24,579 nucleotides of DNA from positions 1 to 24,579 of the IMG/VR virus record IMGVR_UViG_3300018031_000018; one strand, 5' to 3'. Below the pieces are notes generated by a model. The model did not search any database, was not told where the DNA came from, and worked only from the letters and a program-made list of their open reading frames with translations. Shown here in pieces: positions 7,549 through 14,448 of this stretch. The stretch is from a virus (taxonomy: Duplodnaviria; Caudoviricetes). How positions within the stretch are numbered: position 1 is the stretch's first letter; every line of letters starts with the position of its first letter. The position numbers were made by a program, and so were the translations under genes.

Positions 7549-9618
7549 TCAATCCCCTAAGTTCGCTTCTTCAAAGGCATCGCCGTGCCGGGCCTCCAGC
7601 TCCTCGAGGGTCAGTTCATTTCCCCTCCGATCAGTAAACTCATGGATCTCCAGCCCGCCGCGACGGAATAGTGCTCCGCGGGTTGGACCCAGGACCTCGT
7701 CTTGGAACGCTGCTGACTGGTCCCCGAGCCACTCCCCGTAAGTGATCTTGGCCGGCACGCTCCCAATGTTCTCATCGGCCCATTCCTCGCGGATCTCCCC
7801 GATCGGGCGTCCGGTGCGCCTAGCCTCGGCCCGGAAGTCAGCCAGACGCTCGTCTGGCCGGCGGGCATCGCTGACGAAGGGCCGGTTACCCACCAGGGCC
7901 TCACCATCGATCACGGAGACCATGACGGATCGGCAGTTATGTGTTATTATGTTACCGAATGTGGCAAAATAAATTCCGGAACCGGTTTGGAGGTTAAACA
8001 CGTGGCCCGAAAAATCACGCCGTTCGATATCGACGATCTCGTCACACGATACGTGTCCGGAGAGGGAGTCCATGACATCTGCCGAAATCGCGAATTCTCG
8101 GACATCGTCCTCTATCGAATTCTCAAGGAACGAGGAATATCGAGACGAAGTGCCGGAGAGGCTCGTCGCCTGGCATGGAGAGATCCCGAGAAGAGAAGAC
8201 GAGGCTGTGAGGCTAATCAGGGAATCTGGGATAGAAGAACACCGGAGGATAGGGCGGCCCAGATTTCGGCCGCCCATATTGCGTCTAGAGGACGAACGAG
8301 GTCTCTCCAGGAGAAATGCCTTAGTGCCAGAACCAGGGAGGGAAAGATGGACTCTCGATCCTCTACTCTCGAGAGATTGTTTAACGATATGATGCTGGAG
8401 CGCGGGCTCTGCTTCGACACGTTTCAGAAGGCTTTTGGTCCCTATAATACAGACTTCGCCATCGATCGCATCGCCGTGGAAGTCGCATCCAGAAGTCGAG
8501 ACCAAATTCATACCCGGACCTTCGAGAAGCGGACGCGCTACATTCTCGATTCGAGATGGTCCATCCTGGTGTTCGTGTTCGACACCGCTAAATGGATCCT
8601 TACTCCCAAGGTAGCAGATTACGCGGTCGCTGCGATCCAGGAGCTTCGCTGCGACCCATCCTCGATCTGTGAGTATCGGGTGATTTGGGGTGCAGGTCAG
8701 TTCGTGTTTCGACGCCGTGCGGATGACCACAATCTCTCCTGCATAAAACCGTTTCATAGCGGCCGTGATCCCGCCACAGGGCAATACATAACTATCGCCA
8801 AGTAAACAATTTACGTGGGCAGAAGGCCGCGCCCCGTTCGGCTCCAGTGCTCGCTCTCCCTCCGGCAGTGGCCGATCGTCCAGCATCACGAGCGCCCCGT
8901 CTCGGGACCGACAGATCGCAGATGTCCGGCCATCAAGGGTGGCCGTCCACCGGAGGGCCGATACGATATCCTCGTTGCCCTCCCAGACCGCTTCTCGGGC
9001 CGCATTTGAGACGTGGTTCACCGCGGTCCGCACCACCGCCTCCGCATTCCTCCTGGTGATCGCCAGGACTCCGTCCTGGAACCCATTGGCGCGGGTCCCA
9101 GCCACCCGGCGAACGATCTGCTGTACCCCTTCCCCCTGTGCCAACCCGAGCTGGATCTCTTGGACGAGGTTCCGCTGGTCAGTTGCCCGGAGTTCGGAGA
9201 ACCATTCCCCGAGGAGCTTCCCTTGGAACGGGCGCTCGGTAGCGATGGCCGCGGCCGATTGAATCGGGAGGCGGGCCAACTCGACGCGGATCGGGATGGA
9301 TGCCTTGATGGCCCTGCCCTCGGCCCGGATTTCTTGGGCCGCGAGCGCCTCGAGCTTCCCCGCAGTCCGGCGCCGCACCGCGTCCACGACCGTACGGCGC
9401 AGTTCCCTGATCTCCTCAAGCACGGCCCGATATCGCCGGCTGGTGAAGTCAGTCACTGCCCCGAGGCGGGCGAGGCGCACCCGAAGCTTTTCGACCAACT
9501 CCCGATCCGCCCCCTCAAGGAGGCGCAAGATCGCCCGTACCTCACCGGCCGCGAACCTGCGGACATCTACCTGGTGACGGAGGGAGACCCGGAGGAGCTT
9601 CTCGTTAGCAGTCGCCAA
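7549..9618 (-). CDS. Minor head protein (Mu gpF / SPP1 gp7 family) precursor containing an intein
   Basis: 689 aa, TTG start. MuF motifs AEAVVRTAVNHVSN and WTATLDGRTSAICRSRDG. The conserved H-x-N-C-R-S motif is split as ...AHVN|intein|CRSV. Predicted spliced product 270+128=398 aa. Confidence 0.9.
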   Translation of the reverse strand: MATANEKLLRVSLRHQVDVRRFAAGEVRAILRLLEGADRELVEKLRVRLARLGAVTDFTSRRYRAVLEEIRELRRTVVDAVRRRTAGKLEALAAQEIRAEGRAIKASIPIRVELARLPIQSAAAIATERPFQGKLLGEWFSELRATDQRNLVQEIQLGLAQGEGVQQIVRRVAGTRANGFQDGVLAITRRNAEAVVRTAVNHVSNAAREAVWEGNEDIVSALRWTATLDGRTSAICRSRDGALVMLDDRPLPEGERALEPNGARPSAHVNCLLGDSYVLPCGGITAAMKRFYAGEIVVIRTASKHELTCTPNHPILTDRGWVAAKLLDRSDRVICYLGSKDPFSGVEHEHQDGPSRIENVARPLLEGPGMNLVSTSGCDFHGDAIDGEVCIIGTKSLLKRVEAEPALQHHIVKQSLESRGSRVHLSLPGSGTKAFLLERPRSSSRRNMGGRNLGRPILRCSSIPDSLISLTASSSLLGISPCQATSLSGTSSRYSSFLENSIEDDVREFAISADVMDSLSGHVSCDEIVDIERRDFSGHVFNLQTGSGIYFATFGNIITHNCRSVMVSVIDGEALVGNRPFVSDARRPDERLADFRAEARRTGRPIGEIREEWADENIGSVPAKITYGEWLGDQSAAFQDEVLGPTRGALFRRGGLEIHEFTDRRGNELTLEELEARHGDAFEEANLGD
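7942..8004 (+). promoter_or_regulatory. Putative antisense extended -10 promoter, RBS and start for the intein-nested endonuclease
   Basis: TG-T-TATTAT at 7942-7950, GGAGGT at 7989-7994, 7-nt spacer, GTG at 8002-8004 in frame with the plus-strand ORF. Confidence 0.6.
8002..8805 (+). CDS. Putative homing endonuclease (HTH + basic helical linker + Vsr/DUF559-like PD-(D/E)xK domain), antisense inside the intein
   Basis: 267 aa from GTG 8002 (frame open from ATG 7939). HTH-like LVTRYVSGEGVHDICRNREFSDIVLYRILKERGI. Nuclease-like STLERLFNDMMLERGLCFDTFQKAFGPYNTDFAIDRIAVEV...RTRYILDSRWSILVF. Strong RBS. Confidence 0.78.
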   Translation: MARKITPFDIDDLVTRYVSGEGVHDICRNREFSDIVLYRILKERGISRRSAGEARRLAWRDPEKRRRGCEANQGIWDRRTPEDRAAQISAAHIASRGRTRSLQEKCLSARTREGKMDSRSSTLERLFNDMMLERGLCFDTFQKAFGPYNTDFAIDRIAVEVASRSRDQIHTRTFEKRTRYILDSRWSILVFVFDTAKWILTPKVADYAVAAIQELRCDPSSICEYRVIWGAGQFVFRRRADDHNLSCIKPFHSGRDPATGQYITIAK

Positions 9619-9841
9619 GGCCGCCAGTCTCGCAGTAGATGGGTAATACCGATGGTGGCTGGTTCGGGTTCGGGTAAATATAGTAAGGCTGCAAAGGCTG
9701 AGGCTGCAACAACCACATCCATGTCCTCGATCGCTGACATTTCAACTCAAGGATGATTCGTTCCAGGTCCTTATGATCCGGGTGCTCTCCTCGGATCAAT
9801 TTCAAAAGAATCTCATCGAGTCTCTCATCGCTCAGATTCAT
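9605..9841 (-). CDS. Hypothetical protein
   Basis: 78 aa, AAGGGAG RBS, overlaps the start of the minor head gene. Confidence 0.55.
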   Translation of the reverse strand: MNLSDERLDEILLKLIRGEHPDHKDLERIILELKCQRSRTWMWLLQPQPLQPYYIYPNPNQPPSVLPIYCETGGLGDC

Positions 9842-9911
9842 TGTTCTCCCTTTCTATAAATAAAAGGCGCCGCCGGTATTCTCCGCTACCTTATCTCAGG
9901 CCTCAGCATCA

Positions 9912-10157
9912 TCAGATGAGCGGGCCGGCGGGCGCCAATTCTAATTTCCTGATCGCGTCATCCAGGATCTGCGCCCTGAGCTCGCAGACGTGATTCATCA
10001 GTTCATAGAACCTCGTCTGCTCCGCCGACAGGCCGCTCGTCTTCCATCGGCAATTGCAGTTTGCCCGATGCGCGCGCAGGATCCGGATCGGATACTCATG
10101 GTCCGGCGTGCAATCCACGCTCACGAGGGGTTCCTGGATCAGCGGCGGTAGGTTCAT
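9912..10157 (-). CDS. Hypothetical protein
   Basis: 81 aa, ATGA overlap with the upstream ORF. Confidence 0.55.
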   Translation of the reverse strand: MNLPPLIQEPLVSVDCTPDHEYPIRILRAHRANCNCRWKTSGLSAEQTRFYELMNHVCELRAQILDDAIRKLELAPAGPLI

Positions 10158-10369
10158 CTCAGTACCATCCTAAAATTCGTGCACCACGACGAATTACACT
10201 CTAGCGCCGGCGGAGTCACGCCGATATATAAAACTTCCCCGCCGCAGAGCGGGCACGCCATGTCTCGCACCACGTCGCTCGGAAGAAAGCTCATGCAAGC
10301 AGTATTGGGGCATATGTCCCTGCCCTCCGGGACGCGTGTTCCGCACCTTCTACACTTCCGCCTGTCCAT
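10154..10369 (-). CDS. Small double zinc-ribbon protein
   Basis: 71 aa with eight Cys: CRRC..CPNTAC..CPLC..CNSSWC. Confidence 0.6.
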   Translation of the reverse strand: MDRRKCRRCGTRVPEGRDICPNTACMSFLPSDVVRDMACPLCGGEVLYIGVTPPALECNSSWCTNFRMVLR

Positions 10370-11771
10370 CGATCATTGTCTCCGCTCGACCGGTCATCAT
10401 CTCGGCCTCCACCTTTGCCCGATCCTCCTCAGGGTCGAAGTCGTCTGCCAAGAGGCCCCGGCGCTTAAGTTCCTCCAGATAGGTTTCTCGGCTGATCTCC
10501 CGCATCTGTCGGGCTGTGGTCAAGGTCTGGAGATCGGATGCCTGGGTCGTCTCGGGTCCCATGTCCGTCGTGATTTCGATCTTCCCCGGCTCCTCGATCC
10601 CCATCCACCTAGCCGTGAGCCACAGGGCCTGGGCCAGGACATCATTGAACCTGACGGCTGCGTCCTGGAGCGGCGACGTAGCCTCCGCCGAATCCAACGC
10701 CCGGGCGGTGGCCGTTTCCGTCCCGGGCCGGCGACGAAGGAACTCCGCCCCGTAGTGAGACATCCTCTCCTCCAGGTCTCGGATGTGCTCTCGACCAGCA
10801 GCGATCGCGGCCCCGGAGTGCTCCGTGAAGTACCACCGCCCGCCCTCCGTTGGCGTGGACAGGATCTTCCTCGGCGAAAGAACCACGTGGTCAACCTGCT
10901 CCTGTGAGACGCCGCTGGCACACAAGAGGGGGAACCGAGCGACTATCAGGATATTATCCTGATCCGATGAGTGCTGCCAGTGGGATACGTTCAGATCCAC
11001 GAGATCCTCGATCGGAGGCTTACCCGTCATGAGCCCGACTCGATCGGCGTAGAAGGTCACAAGCGGTATCCGATCCAGGTCGATCCTGGATGGGCCAACG
11101 ATCCGTCTCCATTCTTCCTGCTTCTCGCCCGGCTCATAGACGGAGAATTCCGTGATGCCGGTATCTGGATCATGGTCGAACGTCCTGACACGTCGCAGAT
11201 ATTTCTCTCCCCATTCATCGCGGGCGCTCTCGCCTTCCCGGATGCGGACGTGTGTGAGGATCTCTTTGCCATTCCGCACTATGGACGCCGCGAAGATCAG
11301 ATTCTCGGGCTTGATAAACGACCAAAAGGGCCTGCGCCCCTCTCGTAAGTCGTCGGCCAAAGTCCTCTGCCGTTCCCCCTCTATGGAGATCGCCGGGAAG
11401 TCCACTAAGACGTGGGCCAAGGCTTTGCCGAGCCCCTCCCGGAACCACTTCCTGGCGAAGACGCCGACGGCATTCCCCTGGAGGTCCACATCCTCGAGCA
11501 CACCCGAGAGCACCTCGGGGATGTCCGTCATGACAATCGGATCCGAAAACGGGCGTCCAACCCAGGACTCCAGGGTCTGGGAGGATACGTTCGTCAGGAC
11601 GGCCCGAATCAGCCTATTCCGATAATTAGTTTCTTTCTCGCTCTCGTAGCGAGGTAGATACGTCTCCCCCTTCAGGCGGATCGCCTCTGTGCCGGACAAT
11701 ACAGCATCTATCTTATCCCATGTTCGGATCATGGAATGCCAAGCAGCCGACGGGGAATCAGGAGTCAACAT
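10350..11771 (-). CDS. Portal protein (DUF4055-like)
   Basis: 473 aa. GETYLPRYESEKETNYRNRLIRA, DVDLQGN, HVLVDFP, KPPIEDLVDLNVSHWQHSSD, ETATARALD, ISRETYLEELKRRG. Follows terL. Confidence 0.9.
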   Translation of the reverse strand: MLTPDSPSAAWHSMIRTWDKIDAVLSGTEAIRLKGETYLPRYESEKETNYRNRLIRAVLTNVSSQTLESWVGRPFSDPIVMTDIPEVLSGVLEDVDLQGNAVGVFARKWFREGLGKALAHVLVDFPAISIEGERQRTLADDLREGRRPFWSFIKPENLIFAASIVRNGKEILTHVRIREGESARDEWGEKYLRRVRTFDHDPDTGITEFSVYEPGEKQEEWRRIVGPSRIDLDRIPLVTFYADRVGLMTGKPPIEDLVDLNVSHWQHSSDQDNILIVARFPLLCASGVSQEQVDHVVLSPRKILSTPTEGGRWYFTEHSGAAIAAGREHIRDLEERMSHYGAEFLRRRPGTETATARALDSAEATSPLQDAAVRFNDVLAQALWLTARWMGIEEPGKIEITTDMGPETTQASDLQTLTTARQMREISRETYLEELKRRGLLADDFDPEEDRAKVEAEMMTGRAETMIDGQAEV

Positions 11772-11799
11772 CTTAGAAGTCCCTTTCTTAGAAGTCCCT
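11771..11799. repeat. 14-bp direct repeat at the terL/portal junction
   Basis: TCTTAGAAGTCCCT at 11771-11784 and 11786-11799. Confidence 0.85.
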
Positions 11800-13320
11800 G
11801 AAAGCTATTCTGCGATCCTTCTCGCGGATCCTATACCGGACCTCATCTGCGACGTGGTCCTCGGAATTCGTGTCCACGTCATCCGGGGTCTTCGGGTCCC
11901 TCGGAAGTACGGGCAAAGTGCGCCTGTACTGCTCACATCTGCGACAAGCGAACAGGCCGCGACGTTCGCGGATCCCCTGGGGGCCCGGCAGAGCGCCACA
12001 CAGCATGTTCCGCATCTGCTGCCAGCCCTGGATCCGCGATCCAGGTCCCTTATCGGCCGGTGCCCACTGCACACCCATCCTGGCGTGGTCTCCGGCCACC
12101 GATTTGCCGGGCTCGTAGATATTATCGAAGATCGAAGAGTCGGCTATCCCCGGCCACCTGATCCGACGCCAAAGGTCCCATTCCTTCAGCTTATCCCTGA
12201 TCCTGGCAGCGATCTCAACCGTCAGCATCCGTAAACCCTCATTGGGAACGCCGGTCCATCCATAGAGCTCGTAGATTCGGATCAGATCCCCCTTGACGGT
12301 TCCAATCTTTCGGCCCTCCGCCTCGATCGGCTCCCCGTTGGACTCAGCCCACACACCGAGCGACCAGGGTTTTGTCATCCCATGATCATACGACAAGCTG
12401 ACCAGCCATTCCGCTGGTATCTGCTTAGCCGTCACGTCCGGGATCATATGATATTCCGGATGCCAATCGCCATCGAACATCCCGCCAGCTACAACATCCC
12501 AGGATCCCTCCTCCCATGCTTTCCTCTGAGCCGGATTCGACGCCGCCTCCCGGATCCGGGAATCGTATGAGGGATCCGCCGTGGTGAGGATCCGATTCTC
12601 CTCCCTCGGGCAATGAATTGCGACCCGTGCCTGCTCGCCCTCCTCCCGAACGATCCTCCCGATGCGTTGGCCAAAAGCTATCGGTAAGGCGAACCGCGTC
12701 TTGACCCAGTTGTGGCCGGGGCCGTAGGGATTAGTGGTGGCCCGAATCTTCAGCGGTATCCCCCGCACCGCTGATCGGATGCAAGACATCATGAGCCGGT
12801 AGCACTTGTCGTCGGGCCACGTCGTGAGCTCCTCGAAGCCAATCCATGTGAACGCCGCTCCAAGATAGCCCTGGAAGTCCTCCTCTCGATCTAAGTATGC
12901 CAGGCGCAGGGTCTCGCCGGTCGGCCACGCCCACTGCATCTTCGCCTCGTTGAAGCACGCGTAAGGCCAGATTGCCGGTATCCATTTCTTGGTCTTGATC
13001 ACGAAGTCGGCCAGTTGGACATAGGTTCTGCGGATCACGATCCCGCGGTGCTCGCTCCCGTATCCCGCGCCCACGTGCTGGCAAAAGTCCATGAGGAGAG
13101 CCTCGGTCTTGCCCCCGCCCCTGTTCCCTTCGGCAAGGGCCTCGAAGATCGGGCACTCGAGGAAGAGCTGCTGTCCTCTGGGTTGCGGTGCCCAGACGAC
13201 ATTTTTCCCTTCATAGATTGGACGCGGCCCAGCGTCGGTATCCTGCCATTCCAAGCGCGAACACCAGTCGGCGTGGGTCGAATCCTTCACCATCTCCGCC
13301 CCGCAGTCGCAGCCGCTCAT
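11788..13320 (-). CDS. terL: Terminase large subunit
   Basis: 510 aa. Walker A GNRGGGKT, Walker B WIGFEE, coupling motif ATTNP, RNase H-like nuclease residues SYDHG, ADSSIF and EDHVADEVRY. Confidence 0.93.
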   Translation of the reverse strand: MSGCDCGAEMVKDSTHADWCSRLEWQDTDAGPRPIYEGKNVVWAPQPRGQQLFLECPIFEALAEGNRGGGKTEALLMDFCQHVGAGYGSEHRGIVIRRTYVQLADFVIKTKKWIPAIWPYACFNEAKMQWAWPTGETLRLAYLDREEDFQGYLGAAFTWIGFEELTTWPDDKCYRLMMSCIRSAVRGIPLKIRATTNPYGPGHNWVKTRFALPIAFGQRIGRIVREEGEQARVAIHCPREENRILTTADPSYDSRIREAASNPAQRKAWEEGSWDVVAGGMFDGDWHPEYHMIPDVTAKQIPAEWLVSLSYDHGMTKPWSLGVWAESNGEPIEAEGRKIGTVKGDLIRIYELYGWTGVPNEGLRMLTVEIAARIRDKLKEWDLWRRIRWPGIADSSIFDNIYEPGKSVAGDHARMGVQWAPADKGPGSRIQGWQQMRNMLCGALPGPQGIRERRGLFACRRCEQYRRTLPVLPRDPKTPDDVDTNSEDHVADEVRYRIREKDRRIAFRDF

Positions 13321-13574
13321 GACTCAAACCTCCCGCGTACGGCCGCCGGGGCCTTGGCCCGCTGCTCGTCGTTCATGCGGCCCCACGCGGCGGTTAAAGC
13401 TTGATCGCTGGCCCTCGAGACCATCTGTGGCAAAAGAATAACGAACTCGGCCTTCTCACCCGCTGGCGTCTCCCGATAGAGCCGGAGCAGACGCTTCCAG
13501 ACGCGGTGCGAGAGGGTGCTTAGACCAACGGCCCGCAGGAGGCGCCGGAACTCCTTGATTTTACTCTCTCTCAT
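13317..13574 (-). CDS. Hypothetical basic protein
   Basis: Start moved to MRESKIKEF (ATG 13574, GGAGGAG upstream). ATGA overlaps at both ends. Confidence 0.55.
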   Translation of the reverse strand: MRESKIKEFRRLLRAVGLSTLSHRVWKRLLRLYRETPAGEKAEFVILLPQMVSRASDQALTAAWGRMNDEQRAKAPAAVRGRFES

Positions 13575-13807
13575 AGCTCCTCCGGGTCGCATGGTCGCAC
13601 CTGCGACATCAGCCTGACGGTGGTGGCGTTGGTCAGCCCGATGCACGCGACGGTATCCCCTCGGAAGTATATCTTGATTCCCTCGCTGCCGCGCCGGTGT
13701 GTTCGAGGGGTCACGAGCATAGTCACGACCACGGCCCGGGCACGGCGCCCAATCTCATCCAGGATATCCTCCATTGTGGCCTCAGGCAGCGTAATGTCGC
13801 TCACCAT
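13571..13807 (-). CDS. Hypothetical protein
   Basis: Start moved to MVSDITLPEAT (ATG 13807 or GTG 13804) after GGAGGT. Coupled to the upstream stop. Confidence 0.55.
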   Translation of the reverse strand: MVSDITLPEATMEDILDEIGRRARAVVVTMLVTPRTHRRGSEGIKIYFRGDTVACIGLTNATTVRLMSQVRPCDPEEL

Positions 13808-14118
13808 TCCACCTCCACTCCGATCGATCCGGTCACCTCGCCAATTTCCGGGGCGTAATCCACCCGGCCCGAGATCGATCCGCCGCCTTCTCCGGCGATC
13901 CGGAACGCAGCCTGCGCGATCGGAGTGTCCTCGAGGGACCCAAGGTCGAGCCGATGCCCGACCCCCAGGTCCAGATGTGAGGTCTCCCCGAGTCGCACGC
14001 CTGCGACCGAATAGATCCTCCACTCCTCTCCGGGGAGTTTGAGCGCCTCCACCCGGGAGAACCTAGCGCAGCCGCCGAGCAGCGACGAAAGGATCAAGAT
14101 CATCATCGTCGTCTTCAT
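13801..14118 (-). CDS. Putative lipoprotein with amphipathic beta-strands
   Basis: Signal peptide with lipobox MKTTMMILILSSLLGG|C. Ends GSIGVEVEW. Confidence 0.65.
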   Translation of the reverse strand: MKTTMMILILSSLLGGCARFSRVEALKLPGEEWRIYSVAGVRLGETSHLDLGVGHRLDLGSLEDTPIAQAAFRIAGEGGGSISGRVDYAPEIGEVTGSIGVEVEW

Positions 14119-14139
14119 CGTCCCCTGTCAGAGGATCTA

Positions 14140-14445
14140 TCAACATGCCTTCACCTTCATAAATCCGCATCCCTCAAGTGTTTGCAGTAAAGAAGTAGTC
14201 ACCTTCAGGTCGAGAGAGTAGCTTGTGTTTAGGATCCCGGCGGAGAGCCTGAGCTGTACCTTCTGCCCGCTGATCACGTGCGCGTCCTTTACCAAGTGGC
14301 CGGCGCCCGATGGGGTAATCGTCAGAGAAACAAATGTCGATATCGTCTCGGTCGAGGCCATGTTGGCCGCGAAGTCGAAGTCCGCGAGCACCACTTCGTC
14401 GACCGTCTTTAGTAGTACCTCCGGGGCCGTCTTCACGCCCGCCAT
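14140..14445 (-). CDS. Small virion protein resembling phage fibre-attachment adaptor proteins
   Basis: 101 aa. Pattern K..DE....DFDF...ETI...VQLRLSAG....Y.....TTS...LE recalled from small phage fibre adaptor proteins (not verified). Follows the repeat protein. Confidence 0.55.
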   Translation of the reverse strand: MAGVKTAPEVLLKTVDEVVLADFDFAANMASTETISTFVSLTITPSGAGHLVKDAHVISGQKVQLRLSAGILNTSYSLDLKVTTSLLQTLEGCGFMKVKAC

Positions 14446-14448
14446 TGG

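Larger units (their letters stand above)
7936..8808 (-). mobile_element. Intein (Hint domain, 291 aa) with no sense-strand endonuclease motif
   Basis: Block A CLLGDSYV (Cys1 at 8808-8806), block B LTCTPNHPILTDRGW, block F GHVFNLQT, block G IITHN followed by extein Cys+1 (7935-7933). Visibly more AT-rich than the flanking extein DNA. Confidence 0.92.

Noticed and set aside
7936-8808. Group I intron or IS insertion as the explanation for the nested nuclease
   Set aside because: The sense frame is uninterrupted with all intein splicing residues at the boundaries. No terminal inverted repeats, target duplication or intron core were recognised.
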